In this document: piece after piece, positions 10,020 to 19,767 of the stretch
Layout: each line of letters opens with the position of its first letter
Position numbering within the stretch: the first letter of the stretch is position 1
Assembly: GCA_963706445.1 (NCBI GenBank)
Contig: OY970160.1
Span: 352,001 to 416,000 of the forward strand
DNA: 64,000 bases
Origin: an uncultured Nitrososphaerales archaeon
GTDB lineage: Archaea > Thermoproteota > Nitrososphaeria > Nitrososphaerales > Gagatemarchaeaceae
Direction: 5' to 3'
Position numbers and translations under genes: made by a program
Notes under the pieces: model-generated
What the model saw: only the letters and a program-made list of their open reading frames with translations
Told to the model about the DNA's origin: nothing
The model's database searches: none

Positions 10020-10369
10020 CCGGCCACCCCTCCGAAGACCGCGAGTATCACCGTCCTGGTCCCGTAGGCCACAGTCGCGACTATCGCCACCACCGTCCCT
10101 ATGTCCACCCACATCGTCCACGGCTTCGTCTGCCTGATCTCGTGGAGGATTATCCTGAGCCCGTTGAACCCGTGGACGAGCACAACCACGAGGAGCGCCT
10201 CAAGGAATATCGCATAGAACCCGTTGCGATAGATCGACAGGATGTTGCTGAAAGAGATGGCAGTCGAGTACGGGTAGATGACCCCCTGCATTATCAGGTG
10301 TACCGATACCAGGGCCACGGCCACCACCGCGGTGGCGTACTGTATCAGCATCAGCCTGGACTCTTTCAT
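10016..10369 (-). CDS. sdhD: Succinate dehydrogenase membrane anchor subunit D
   Basis: C-terminal part of ORF 10016..10789; three TMs, HGFNGLR heme motif; ATG at 10369. Confidence 0.88.
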   Translation of the reverse strand: MKESRLMLIQYATAVVAVALVSVHLIMQGVIYPYSTAISFSNILSIYRNGFYAIFLEALLVVVLVHGFNGLRIILHEIRQTKPWTMWVDIGTVVAIVATVAYGTRTVILAVFGGVAG

Positions 10370-10839
10370 CCCAACCCCTCGAACAGCACCAGGAACGCCC
10401 AGATCGCGGCGACTGCCGCGATGGTTATTCCGATGAAGATCAATGACTTCTGCAGGGAGCTGAGCGACCTCGGCTTGTACGGATACTCGATGGCCGCCGG
10501 CTTCCTGAATATCAGCCCGAACTCGGTGAGGATCAGCCTCAGGCCGTTGACCCCGTGGAAGAAGAGGACGAGCACGACGAGTATCAGGATTAGGTGGCCG
10601 AACGAGTTCTCGAATATGTTCCCGATGAACGCCCAGCTTGACGAGCTGGGACCGGTCCCCGTCGGACCTCCGACGAAGAAGCTCGTGTCCCCCAGGTGCC
10701 CCAGGACGTAGAGCAGGATAGCGACCCCCGTGACCCGTTGGAACATGTAGGCCCACCGTTCGGCGTTGTAGTGGTAGGGGTTGAGCCACCCCATCAGCCC
10801 GCGTTTGTTCCTCGCCCTTTCCTCCCCTACCGTCCCCAT
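10366..10839 (-). CDS. sdhC: Succinate dehydrogenase cytochrome b subunit C
   Basis: QRVTG and HGVNGLR motifs; ATG at 10839 (MGTVGEE). Confidence 0.88.
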   Translation of the reverse strand: MGTVGEERARNKRGLMGWLNPYHYNAERWAYMFQRVTGVAILLYVLGHLGDTSFFVGGPTGTGPSSSSWAFIGNIFENSFGHLILILVVLVLFFHGVNGLRLILTEFGLIFRKPAAIEYPYKPRSLSSLQKSLIFIGITIAAVAAIWAFLVLFEGLG

Positions 10840-10874
10840 GTTGACTAGCCCACCTCGCTCCTCTTTACAGTTTC

Positions 10875-12590
10875 TCAGTAGTGCCTCTCGGCGGGCTGGT
10901 ACTTCGTTATCGTAACTGAGGAGTATTCGAGCCTCGGTCCGTCGGGGCCGGGGTACGCGAGGGTGTGCTTGAGCCAGTTGGCGTCGTCTCTGTTCGGGTA
11001 GTCCCTCCTGGAATGTGCTCCCCTCGACTCGGTCCTCGCGAGTGCCCCCGCCACGACCACCTCGGCCACAGCCAGCATGCTCTCGACTTCGAGGACGTCG
11101 CTGAGGTTCGTGTTGTAGACCCTGCTCTTGTCCTCTACGTGGAGGAAGTCCTTCGTTTTCAGCTCCCGGATCTTCCGTAGAGCCTCGGACAGGCCCTCCC
11201 CAGTCCTGTAGACAAATACGTCCTTGGCCATCAGACGCTGGAGCTCGTCCCTCACCTCGTAGGGGTTCGTCCCCCCCTTTCCATGGAATATCCCGTCGAA
11301 GACCCTCTTCTCCTCCAGTGCCGCCAGCTCCGCAGGGGCGGTGGGCGCGGGCTTCCCGGTCGCGTAACTTGCCGCCTCGGCCCCGGTGATCTTCCCCCAG
11401 ACCAGGCACTCCGCCGTCGAGTTCGCACCAAGCCTGTTCGCCCCGTTGATGCTGACGCAGGCCGCCTCTCCCGCCGCCCAGAGTCCCTTCATCCTCGTCG
11501 AGCCGTTGATGTCTGTGTCTATCCCTCCCATCACGTAGTGGCAGACTGGGCGGACTGGGAGGGGCTTCTCCACGGGGTCCACCCCCCTGAACTTTATCGC
11601 GATCTCCCTGATCTGAGAGAGTCTCATCTTGATCTTCTCGGCCCCTACGGGCGAAAGGTCGAGGTGCAAGTAGTCCAGCCCCGAAGCCGCATCTTTGAAC
11701 CCTCTCCCCTGCTCGATCTCTGTCATCATGGCCCTGGAGACCACGTCCCTGGAGGCGAGCTCGAGCTTGTTGGGGGCGTAGCTCTTCATGAAGCGCTCCC
11801 CATCCTTGTTGAGGAGGACCCCTCCCTCCCCTCTCGCAGCCTCAGTGATCAGTATCCCCGAAGGGATCAGCCCGGACGGGTGGAACTGGATGAACTCCAT
11901 GTCCTTGAGCGGGACCCCTGCCCTGAGCGCCGCCGCCAGACCGTCGGGGGTCGAACTGTAGGCGTAGGTTGCGAAGCTGTAGAGCCTCCCCGCACCCCCT
12001 GTGGCCATTATCCCCGCCTTGCCGAGGATCTGGACGAAGTTCCCGCTCTTCATCTCGATGGCCGTGACTCCCCGGAACTCCCCTCCCTCTGCTAGTATCG
12101 AGGTGACGAACCACTCCTGGTAGAACCTGATGTTGTCGTACTTCGTCGCCGTGTCGTAGAGTGTCTGCATCTCGAAGAAACCCACCTTGTCTTCAGCGTA
12201 GGTGGCCCTCGGGTAGCTGTACCCCCCGAACCAGCGCTGGGCTATCCTCCCGTCGTCCCTTCTGCTCCAGGGGAGCCCCCAGTGCTCGAGCTGGTAGATC
12301 TCTCCCGGCATCGCTTTGACGAACCTTTCGACGGCGTTCTGGTCCGCCAGGTAGTCGGACCCCTTCACAGTGTCAAAGGCATGCGACTCCAGGGAGTCCC
12401 CGAGCTCGGGGTATAGGACGGCCGCCGTCCCCCCCTCGGCACTAACAGAGTGGGCTCTCATCGCCTGGACCTTCGTGATTACAGCGATGTCCAGCTTCCC
12501 GTTGCTGACCCTCGCAGCTTCGATGGCTGCCCTCAGGCCTGCAATCCCAGAGCCAACGATTATGAGGTCGTGCCTGGATGTCTCGACCAT
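10875..12590 (-). CDS. sdhA: Succinate dehydrogenase/fumarate reductase flavoprotein
   Basis: GSGIAG, AHSVSAEGG (FAD-His), QFHP, HYVMGG, GANRLGANS, ESRGAH. Confidence 0.97.
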   Translation of the reverse strand: MVETSRHDLIIVGSGIAGLRAAIEAARVSNGKLDIAVITKVQAMRAHSVSAEGGTAAVLYPELGDSLESHAFDTVKGSDYLADQNAVERFVKAMPGEIYQLEHWGLPWSRRDDGRIAQRWFGGYSYPRATYAEDKVGFFEMQTLYDTATKYDNIRFYQEWFVTSILAEGGEFRGVTAIEMKSGNFVQILGKAGIMATGGAGRLYSFATYAYSSTPDGLAAALRAGVPLKDMEFIQFHPSGLIPSGILITEAARGEGGVLLNKDGERFMKSYAPNKLELASRDVVSRAMMTEIEQGRGFKDAASGLDYLHLDLSPVGAEKIKMRLSQIREIAIKFRGVDPVEKPLPVRPVCHYVMGGIDTDINGSTRMKGLWAAGEAACVSINGANRLGANSTAECLVWGKITGAEAASYATGKPAPTAPAELAALEEKRVFDGIFHGKGGTNPYEVRDELQRLMAKDVFVYRTGEGLSEALRKIRELKTKDFLHVEDKSRVYNTNLSDVLEVESMLAVAEVVVAGALARTESRGAHSRRDYPNRDDANWLKHTLAYPGPDGPRLEYSSVTITKYQPAERHY

Positions 12591-12767
12591 CGCTTCCGAA
12601 TTGAGGGCTCCTTGTTTTCTTAGTTAGCCCTTTCCCTAATTTCGGAGCCCAAGACTGAAAACATGACGTCAAATCCGAAAACAGAAGTTTTCAATCCAAA
12701 CACCCGTTTCATGATGGACATCTTTATAACCGCATTCACAATCGGCCGGGCTTACGAGAGGGATAAA

Positions 12768-13229
12768 GTGCCTCATTACGGCTACAGTTTCGAGGGTTTC
12801 GACCCCGCGGTTCACGTCCGGGCTAGCGCGAGGGAAGTCAACGTATCCCCCAAAGCCGCCCGTGAAATAGCAGTTACGATCAAAGGGATGACTCTTTCAA
12901 AGGCCATCGACCTAATGCAGCAGGTCGAGACCAAGAAGATGCCCATCGCTTTCCGCAGGCACAAGCTCAAGGTTGGGCACCGGAGCGAGCTTCAGGGCTT
13001 CCCTACGGGTTCTTACCCGGTGAGAGCCGCGAAGGCGTACCTCAGCGTCCTCCACAATCTCGAAGGCAACTCGGAGTTCAAGGGGCTGGACCCCGAAAGA
13101 GTCAAGATAATCCACGCCGCCGGTTACGCTGGAAGGACGACGAAGGACTACGTGCAGAGGGCCTTCGGGCGGAGTTCCCCCAACTTCCACCAGCTGGTCC
13201 ACATCGAAGTCGTAGGCAAGGAACTTTAG
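12768..13229 (+). CDS. rpl22: 50S ribosomal protein L22 (uL22)
   Basis: SPKAAREI..IKGM, AFGRSSP...HIEV; GTG at 12768 downstream of TTTATAA at 12723. Confidence 0.95.
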   Translation: MPHYGYSFEGFDPAVHVRASAREVNVSPKAAREIAVTIKGMTLSKAIDLMQQVETKKMPIAFRRHKLKVGHRSELQGFPTGSYPVRAAKAYLSVLHNLEGNSEFKGLDPERVKIIHAAGYAGRTTKDYVQRAFGRSSPNFHQLVHIEVVGKEL

Positions 13230-13231
13230 TC

Positions 13232-13903
13232 ATGTCCGTCCAGCAGCGTACCACCGTGAAGTCGATTCTGATGACAAACCGGTCCTACGCGGACCTGGAC
13301 GAGTTCTTCGAGAAGGAGCTCAAGGACGCCGGCTACGGGGGCCTCGAAGTTCAAAAGTCTCCGGTGGGGATAACTCTCAAGGTGTACGTAGCCAGGCCCG
13401 GCCTAGCCATCGGACGGAGGGGCACGGGGATCAAGGATCTGACCGACAAGGTCGGGGCGAAGTTCGGCCTCTCCAATCCGCAGATTGCGGTGACGGAGGT
13501 CGAGAACCCCGAGCTGAACGCGCGGATCATGGCTTCCCGCATCGCCCAGATAGTCTCGAGGGGGACCGCATTCAGGCGCGCCGCCCAGTGGTCGGTCAAC
13601 AACATAATGAACGCAGGAGCAGCCGGGGTCGAGATATCTGTCGCAGGGAAGCTCAGGAGCGACAGGTCGCACGGCGAGAAGTACAGGGCGGGGATCGTGC
13701 CGAAGAGCGGTGACACCGCCGAGAGGTCGGTCGGCCGGGCCACCACCGACGTTCTCATGAAGTTGGGCCTCTACGGGATACAGGTGAAAATAGCGCTCAA
13801 AGACGCACTGCCGCCGGACTTCCGCCTGAAGGAAGACGTCAAAGAAGAGGAGAAACAAGATGCCACAGCTCAAGCCGAAGGAACTGAGGAAGCAGGACGC
13901 TGA
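13232..13903 (+). CDS. rps3: 30S ribosomal protein S3
   Basis: KH motif RPGLAIGRRG; AGKL, GIQVKI. Confidence 0.96.
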   Translation: MSVQQRTTVKSILMTNRSYADLDEFFEKELKDAGYGGLEVQKSPVGITLKVYVARPGLAIGRRGTGIKDLTDKVGAKFGLSNPQIAVTEVENPELNARIMASRIAQIVSRGTAFRRAAQWSVNNIMNAGAAGVEISVAGKLRSDRSHGEKYRAGIVPKSGDTAERSVGRATTDVLMKLGLYGIQVKIALKDALPPDFRLKEDVKEEEKQDATAQAEGTEEAGR

Positions 13904-14066
13904 CAAGCTTAGGCAGACGCTCTTCGACCTCAGGTCGGAGCTCTCCAAGCTCGCCGGTGGCGCCCAGAGGGGGGTCGTCAAGAAGGACGTGGGGAACATC
14001 AGGAGGCTCCGGAGAGACATCGCACGGGTCTCCACCGTCATGCACGAGAAGGGGGTAGTGGAATGA
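13860..14066 (+). CDS. rpl29: 50S ribosomal protein L29
   Basis: IRRLRRDIARVST; operon position. Confidence 0.95.
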   Translation: MPQLKPKELRKQDADKLRQTLFDLRSELSKLAGGAQRGVVKKDVGNIRRLRRDIARVSTVMHEKGVVE

Positions 14067-14299
14067 ACGTCATAGGCCAGACAATCACAATACTCACATC
14101 CCCGGACCCGACCAAGACCGGGAGGAGCGGCCGCGTCGTCATGGAGACCGCTAACACCCTGGTCCTCGACTCGGAAGGCCGCACCATCAGGGTGGAGAAA
14201 TCCGGGAACGCGTTCATGCTGCATGGTTCCCGCAAGGTCCTGACAGGCCCGGACCTGGCAGGGAGGCTTGAGGACAGGCTTGGGAGACGCAGGGCATGA
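14063..14299 (+). CDS. rnp1: RNase P protein subunit Rpp29/POP4
   Basis: IG...G.SGRVVMETANTL, GRLEDRL; canonical position before rps17. Confidence 0.88.
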   Translation: MNVIGQTITILTSPDPTKTGRSGRVVMETANTLVLDSEGRTIRVEKSGNAFMLHGSRKVLTGPDLAGRLEDRLGRRRA

Positions 14300-14622
14300 C
14301 AGCCGCAGGCCTCGAAGTCGCCGCTCCTCGCAAGAAGTGCGAGGACGACCGGTGCCCGTTCCACGGAAACATCAAGGTCAGAGGCAGGCTCCTTACCGGG
14401 AAGGCCGTCTCCACCGCCGGGAAGAGCTTCGTAGTGGTCGAGATGGGGTACCTGCACATGGTCCCTAAGTTCAACAGGGGAGAGAGGCGGAGGAGCAGGG
14501 TCAGCGCCCACGTCCCGCCGTGCATCGAGGTCCTCGAAGGGGACTCGGTGACCCTGGGGGAGTGCCGGCCGCTGTCGAAGACTATTTCCTTCGTCGTGGT
14601 CGAATCTAGGAGGCCGAGCTAG
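14296..14622 (+). CDS. rps17: 30S ribosomal protein S17
   Basis: CPFHG, AHVPPC, ECRPLSKT. Confidence 0.96.
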   Translation: MTAAGLEVAAPRKKCEDDRCPFHGNIKVRGRLLTGKAVSTAGKSFVVVEMGYLHMVPKFNRGERRRSRVSAHVPPCIEVLEGDSVTLGECRPLSKTISFVVVESRRPS

Positions 14623-15056
14623 TGTCAACGAAGTCTCGCGCTGTTTCGGCCAAAGGGGTCGAGGAGTTCAAGAACTACGTTACTGCGGTGATCCCCATCT
14701 ATGCGGTCATCACCTGCGCCGACAACACCGGCGCAAAGACGTTGAGGGTCATCCAGGTCACCAAGTGGAAGGGGAGGCACAGCCGCATGCCAGCCGGGTC
14801 GGTTGGGGACTCCATAGTCTGCGTCGTCAAGAAGGGCCCGCCGGAGATGAAGAAGGCGGTTTTCGGGGCGGTCATAGTCAGGCAGAAGTACCCGGTCCGG
14901 AGGGTGAGCGGGCAGAGGATAGTCTTCGAGGACAACGCCGCAGTCATCATCACCCCAGAGGGCGACCTCAAGGGGACCGACATCAAGGGCCCGGTGGCCA
15001 GCGAGGCCGCAGAAAAGTGGCCAAGGATAGCCAACCTGGCGTCCATCATAGTTTAG
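14622..15056 (+). CDS. rpl14: 50S ribosomal protein L14
   Basis: CADNTGAK, FEDNAAVI, IKGPVA. Confidence 0.97.
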   Translation: MSTKSRAVSAKGVEEFKNYVTAVIPIYAVITCADNTGAKTLRVIQVTKWKGRHSRMPAGSVGDSIVCVVKKGPPEMKKAVFGAVIVRQKYPVRRVSGQRIVFEDNAAVIITPEGDLKGTDIKGPVASEAAEKWPRIANLASIIV

Positions 15057-15065
15057 GTGGCATAG

Positions 15066-15356
15066 ATGAAATTCGGAGCCCAGCTTTCAAAGGAACTCAG
15101 GGAGAGGCACGGCAAGCGGAGCGTCCGCCCCCGCGTAGGGGACACAGTGAGGATCGTCAGAGGGGAGTTCAAGGCCATCGAAGGGAAGATTACAAGGGTA
15201 GACTCGAAGAAAGGGCTCGTGTGCGTCGAAGGGGTAAGCAGGGAGAAGCTCAAGGGAGGCACTTCCCCGGTCCCCATCTACTCGTCCCACGTAGTAATCA
15301 CTACGCTGGCTCTTGAAGACAAGATCAGGAAGGGCAAACTGGAGGGTGGGGCGTAA
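15066..15356 (+). CDS. rpl24: 50S ribosomal protein L24 (uL24), short N-terminus
   Basis: LSKELR, KOW motif GDTVRIVRG. Confidence 0.93.
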   Translation: MKFGAQLSKELRERHGKRSVRPRVGDTVRIVRGEFKAIEGKITRVDSKKGLVCVEGVSREKLKGGTSPVPIYSSHVVITTLALEDKIRKGKLEGGA

Positions 15357-16085
15357 GTGGGGATCAAGGGCGGAAGGAACAAGCTAAAGCGCCTGGCTGC
15401 TCCGCGCAGCTGGGACATCTCCCGGAAATCAAACAGGTTCGTCTTCAAGCCGACTCCTGGCCCGCACTCCATCGCCGCGTCCTACCCGCTCGGCGTCGTG
15501 ATCAGGGACATGGCGTCCATGGCCAATTTGTCAAAGGAGCTCAAGCTAATTATGAAATCCGGAAAGGTCATGGTCGACGGCACTCTCCGGTGGACGCCCC
15601 GTTTCCCCGTCGGGCTTTTCAACGTCGTCAGCGTCCCTCTCGAAGAGGTCGACTACCGCCTCGTGCCGACCCCCAAGGGGCTCGCCCTCGCGAAGGTGAG
15701 CTCCGACGAAGCCAAGACGAAGCTCTGCAGCGTCAACACCAAGACCAAGGTGAAGGGGGGCCACATCCAATACGGGCTCCACGACGGCAGGTCCGTAGTC
15801 GACGACGCCCTGGACCTTTCCCCGGGGGACGCGGTCTTCATCGAGGTCCCCTCACAGAAGGTCCTAGGCAAGGTGAAGCTGGCAAAAGGGTCCCTCGGGC
15901 TGGTGCTGACTGGCGACAGGGCGGGTCAGCTCGGCAAGATAGCCGATGTTAAGAAGGGGACGATTTCGCGCGAGAAGATGGTCAGGATATCACTCCCGAG
16001 CGGAGAGGCGGAGATCCCCTCGAGGCTCGTCTTCCCCGTGGGAATGGACTCGCCGATGATAACAGTAGGAGCGGCCGTGCAATGA
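15357..16085 (+). CDS. rps4e: 30S ribosomal protein S4e
   Basis: LKRLAAP.SW, PGPH, HDGR. Confidence 0.96.
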   Translation: MGIKGGRNKLKRLAAPRSWDISRKSNRFVFKPTPGPHSIAASYPLGVVIRDMASMANLSKELKLIMKSGKVMVDGTLRWTPRFPVGLFNVVSVPLEEVDYRLVPTPKGLALAKVSSDEAKTKLCSVNTKTKVKGGHIQYGLHDGRSVVDDALDLSPGDAVFIEVPSQKVLGKVKLAKGSLGLVLTGDRAGQLGKIADVKKGTISREKMVRISLPSGEAEIPSRLVFPVGMDSPMITVGAAVQ

Positions 16086-16609
16086 GACAGTCAGCAGTCC
16101 AGCAGGACACCATGCGAAGGATCAGAGTGGGAAAGGTAGTGCTCAACATCGGCCTGGGCAAGTCAGGGGAGGCCATCGAGAGAGGGAAGAAGGTACTCGA
16201 ACAGGTTTCAGGCCAGACCCCGACCCAGACAAAGGCCAAGCGCTCGGTGAGGGATTTCGGCACCCACAAGGGAGAGCCCATCGGCGTAGTCGTCACCGTG
16301 AGAGGCCCGGAGACGACAGTCCTGATCCAGAAGCTCATGGAGGCCAGAGAAAAGAAACTGAACGAGTCCTGCTTCGACCCGAGGGGGTCTGTCTCCTTCG
16401 GCATCAAGGAGCACATCGAGATCCCCGGGATAAGATACGACCCGGCCATCGGGATACTAGGCATGAACGTGTCCGTCCTCCTGGAGAGGCCTGGGTTCGG
16501 AGTCTCGCGCAGGGGAAGGAAGACCTCCCGGGTCGGCAAAGCCCACCTTATTTCAAAGGAGGAGGCGATGCAGTACTTCAGGGACAACTTCGGAGCGATA
16601 ATCCAATGA
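16082..16609 (+). CDS. rpl5: 50S ribosomal protein L5
   Basis: [24 protein letters not shown]. Confidence 0.96.
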   Translation: MRQSAVQQDTMRRIRVGKVVLNIGLGKSGEAIERGKKVLEQVSGQTPTQTKAKRSVRDFGTHKGEPIGVVVTVRGPETTVLIQKLMEAREKKLNESCFDPRGSVSFGIKEHIEIPGIRYDPAIGILGMNVSVLLERPGFGVSRRGRKTSRVGKAHLISKEEAMQYFRDNFGAIIQ

Positions 16610-16767
16610 AAGAGCGCCATACAAAGGTGAGAAAGTACGGGAAGTCAACGCACTACTGCAAGAGGTGCGGCCAGTACGGGGCGGTCATCAGGTCCTACGA
16701 CCTGGTCCTCTGCAGGCAGTGCTTCAGAGAGGTCGCTGAGAAGCTCGGCTTCAGGAAGTACGACTAG
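16606..16767 (+). CDS. rps14: 30S ribosomal protein S14 (Zn-binding, 53 aa; absent from the ORF track)
   Basis: Translated by hand: [53 protein letters not shown]. Confidence 0.96.
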   Translation: MKERHTKVRKYGKSTHYCKRCGQYGAVIRSYDLVLCRQCFREVAEKLGFRKYD

Positions 16768-16776
16768 GTGATCGGT

Positions 16777-17169
16777 GTGGCGGCAACAAACATCCTGGCC
16801 AACCTTTTCGCGAGCCTTCAGAACGCAGAGCTGAGGAATAAGAAGGAATGCATGGTGATCCCGGCTTCCAGCCTGGCGAGCGAAGTCCTCAAGGTCCTCC
16901 AGAAGAAGAAGTACATCGGGGAGTTCGAGTTCATCGACGACGGTGTCGGAGGCAAGCTCCGGGTCCAGCTCCTCGGAAGGATAAACAAGTGCGGGGTGAT
17001 CTCCCCGAGGTTCCCGGTAAAATCGCTAAAGCTCGTCGACTGGGAGCACAGGTATCTTCCGGCAGTCGGGGTGGGGACTCTGATAGTGACGACGCCGCAG
17101 GGAGTGATGTCGCACGTCGAAGCACAGGAGAAGAAGATAGGAGGGAGGCTGGTGGGCTTTGTCTACTGA
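16777..17169 (+). CDS. rps8: 30S ribosomal protein S8
   Basis: GRINKCGVISPRF, TTPQGVMSH; GTG at 16777 after a GGTGA SD (16768 is an alternative start). Confidence 0.96.
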   Translation: MAATNILANLFASLQNAELRNKKECMVIPASSLASEVLKVLQKKKYIGEFEFIDDGVGGKLRVQLLGRINKCGVISPRFPVKSLKLVDWEHRYLPAVGVGTLIVTTPQGVMSHVEAQEKKIGGRLVGFVY

Positions 17170-17704
17170 GTCTATACAGCAGACGGCGGTAGAGCTCCCC
17201 GACGGGGTCTCGGCGGCACTCCAGGGGCGCACACTATCCATGAAGGGGAAGCTCGGCGAGTCGAAGAAGCGCTTCGACAAGGTAAACGTGAACATCGCCG
17301 TGGAGGGGAACAAGGTCGTCATATCCCCGTTCTCCAGGAAGAAGAAGGACAACGTGATAATCAACACGGTCAGGAGCATCCTCAACAACATGGTCACCGG
17401 GGTTACCAAGGGGTACACCTACAAGGTGAAGATAGTCTACGCCCACTTCCCGATAACTGTCAAGACGAAGGGGCACCAGGTCCTCGTGGAGAATTTCATC
17501 GGGGAGAGGTCCCCCCGGGTCTCAGAGATCATCGGGGACACCAAGGTGACCGTGGAAGGGGACGACGTGATAGTCAAAGGGGTGTCGGTGGAGGACGTAG
17601 GTCAGACGGCCGCCAACATCGAGCTCGCCACGAAGATCAAGAAGAAGGACCAGAGGATATTCCTCGACGGGCTATACATATACCACAAGGAGCACGGGTC
17701 ATAA
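17159..17704 (+). CDS. rpl6: 50S ribosomal protein L6
   Basis: YAHFPI, NFIGE, DQRIFLDGLY. Confidence 0.96.
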   Translation: MSTESIQQTAVELPDGVSAALQGRTLSMKGKLGESKKRFDKVNVNIAVEGNKVVISPFSRKKKDNVIINTVRSILNNMVTGVTKGYTYKVKIVYAHFPITVKTKGHQVLVENFIGERSPRVSEIIGDTKVTVEGDDVIVKGVSVEDVGQTAANIELATKIKKKDQRIFLDGLYIYHKEHGS

Positions 17705-17708
17705 AACC

Positions 17709-18131
17709 ATGCCGAAGCAGTCCGAAGAGAACAGGCTCAAGGCCCTTGTGGCCAAGAGGAAGGAGGTCTCGGTCAACAGGCCCGCGTTCGTGAGACAGGA
17801 AAGCTGGCGCTACGTCAGGATCCACCCCGAATGGCGGAAGCCGAAGGGGATCGACAACAAGATGAGGCGCCAGGACAAGGGATGGCCGGCCCTTGTAAGG
17901 GTAGGCTACAGAGGCCCTGTCGCAGCCAGGGGACTGCACCCCAGCGGGCACTTCGAAGTCCTGGTCCACAGGACCCAGGACCTGGACGCACTTGTCCCCG
18001 GGAGAGATGTGGCCAGGATCGGGAGGACCGTGGGGGCGAAGAAGAGAGAGACAATTCTCGAGAGGGCGACGGAGCTCGGGATCAGGGTCTTGAATCCGAC
18101 GAGGTTGAGGATAATTGAATCTGAAAAGTAA
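17709..18131 (+). CDS. rpl32e: 50S ribosomal protein L32e
   Basis: WRKPKGIDNKMR, RGLHPSG. Confidence 0.96.
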   Translation: MPKQSEENRLKALVAKRKEVSVNRPAFVRQESWRYVRIHPEWRKPKGIDNKMRRQDKGWPALVRVGYRGPVAARGLHPSGHFEVLVHRTQDLDALVPGRDVARIGRTVGAKKRETILERATELGIRVLNPTRLRIIESEK

Positions 18132-18549
18132 GCGGAGGCTCGCCGCCTCCGTGCTTGGCGTAGGCCTAGACAGGGTCAGATTCAACGACGAGTATTCCGA
18201 TCTCATCCAAGACGCCATCACACGGAGCACCATCCGAGGTCTCGTAGGATTCGGGGCGATCACCGTGGCCCCGAAGAAAGGGATCTCGCGTGGGAGGTAC
18301 AGGGTCAGGTCGAAGAAGCTCAAGCGCGGCCGGGGCTCCGGCTCCACCGAGGGGACTGCCGGCTCGAGGAACCCGAGGAAAGACCAGTGGATCTCCAAGG
18401 TCAGGGCCCTCAGGTGGCGGCTGAAGGTCGCCAAGGAAAGGAAGGACTTGACCCCAGAAGCTTACAAGAAGCTCTACAAGCAGGTGAAGGGAGGCCAGGT
18501 CAGGGGAGTCAAGCACCTCCTCGACCTGATGAAGGAGGCCAAGAAGTAA
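18115..18549 (+). CDS. rpl19e: 50S ribosomal protein L19e
   Basis: KRRLAASVL, GISRGR, LYKQVKGG. Confidence 0.96.
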   Translation: MNLKSKRRLAASVLGVGLDRVRFNDEYSDLIQDAITRSTIRGLVGFGAITVAPKKGISRGRYRVRSKKLKRGRGSGSTEGTAGSRNPRKDQWISKVRALRWRLKVAKERKDLTPEAYKKLYKQVKGGQVRGVKHLLDLMKEAKK

Positions 18550-19130
18550 TGTCCCCCTACGTGCAGCTCCTCCGGCGAAGGCGCGAAGGGGTCACCGACT
18601 ACCGCGCGAGGAAGCGGGCCATCACCTCCGAGAAGCCTCTGCTCGTGGTCAGGATTTCAAACAAGAACGTCTCGTCGCAGTTCGTGAAGCCCATGGTGAA
18701 GGGGGACATCGTCCTCTCCTCCGCCCACTCGAAGGAGCTTGGCAAGATGGGGTGGCACGGCTCGGCGAAATCGACTCCAGCATGCTACCTCCTGGGCTTG
18801 CTCGCAGGGAAGAAGGCCCTGGCCGCCGGGGTGAAGGAAGCGGTCGCCTACAACGGGGTGGTCCCCTTCATCAGGGGGTCCCGGATCGCCGCCCTTCTGA
18901 AGGGGGTCGTGGACGCAGGTGTGCGCGTGCCGATGGGAGAGGAGGCCCTTCCAGCTGCCGAGCGGCTCAGCGGCAAGACCATAGCAGATTATGCTACAAA
19001 GCTCGCGGCCGAAGACAAGGCAGCGTACTCCAAGAGGTTCTCCGCCCTCCTGAAGGGAGGGTTCAAGCCCGAGGACTACCCGGCCGAGTTCGAGAAGGTC
19101 AAGGCCGCCATCTCCGGAGGAAGTAAGTAA
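18549..19130 (+). CDS. rpl18: 50S ribosomal protein L18 (uL18)
   Basis: RRRREGVTDYRAR, SAHSKEL; ATG at 18549. Confidence 0.95.
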   Translation: MSPYVQLLRRRREGVTDYRARKRAITSEKPLLVVRISNKNVSSQFVKPMVKGDIVLSSAHSKELGKMGWHGSAKSTPACYLLGLLAGKKALAAGVKEAVAYNGVVPFIRGSRIAALLKGVVDAGVRVPMGEEALPAAERLSGKTIADYATKLAAEDKAAYSKRFSALLKGGFKPEDYPAEFEKVKAAISGGSK

Positions 19131-19756
19131 TGTCCTACGGTCGCCGCGACAGGCAGGAAGAGGAGCAGGTCTGGGTGCCGAGGACGAAGCTTGGGACCCT
19201 GGTGAACGAAGGGAAGATCACGAGCCTGGACGAAATATTCAGGAGCGGCCAGAGAATCCGCGAGGCAGAGATAGTGAAGAAGCTCCTCCCCGACCTGAGG
19301 AACGAGATAGTCGGGGTCAGCGTGGTCCAGAAGCAGACTGATGCGGGCGAGCTGACGCGCTTCCTCGCCGTGGTCGCCGTGGGGAACGGCGCCGGATGGT
19401 TCGGGGTCGGCAAGGGGAAGGCCATGCAGACGAGGGAGGCCATCGAGAAGGCAACCACCGCGGCCCTCCTCAACATCATCCCCGTCAAGCTCGGGTGCGG
19501 CTCCTGGGAGTGCAGGGACGGAAGGCCTCACTCTGTCCCCTACAAGATCCGCGGAAAGGCCGGGAGCGTCACCGTCGAGATAATACCCGCGCCCCGCGCC
19601 CTGGGGCTTGTGGCTGGGCCCGCCCTGAAGAACCTCCTGCAGCTCGCCGGGGTGAAGGACGCCTGGGTCAGGACCTTCGGCTCTACCAACACGATGTCGT
19701 CCCTCGCCAACGCCGTCTACGACGCCTTCAGGATGTCGCACGGGCTCAATGTATAG
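19130..19756 (+). CDS. rps5: 30S ribosomal protein S5
   Basis: WVPRTKLG, GCGSWE, PAPRALGL. Confidence 0.96.
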   Translation: MSYGRRDRQEEEQVWVPRTKLGTLVNEGKITSLDEIFRSGQRIREAEIVKKLLPDLRNEIVGVSVVQKQTDAGELTRFLAVVAVGNGAGWFGVGKGKAMQTREAIEKATTAALLNIIPVKLGCGSWECRDGRPHSVPYKIRGKAGSVTVEIIPAPRALGLVAGPALKNLLQLAGVKDAWVRTFGSTNTMSSLANAVYDAFRMSHGLNV

Positions 19757-19767
19757 GTGAATCGAAG

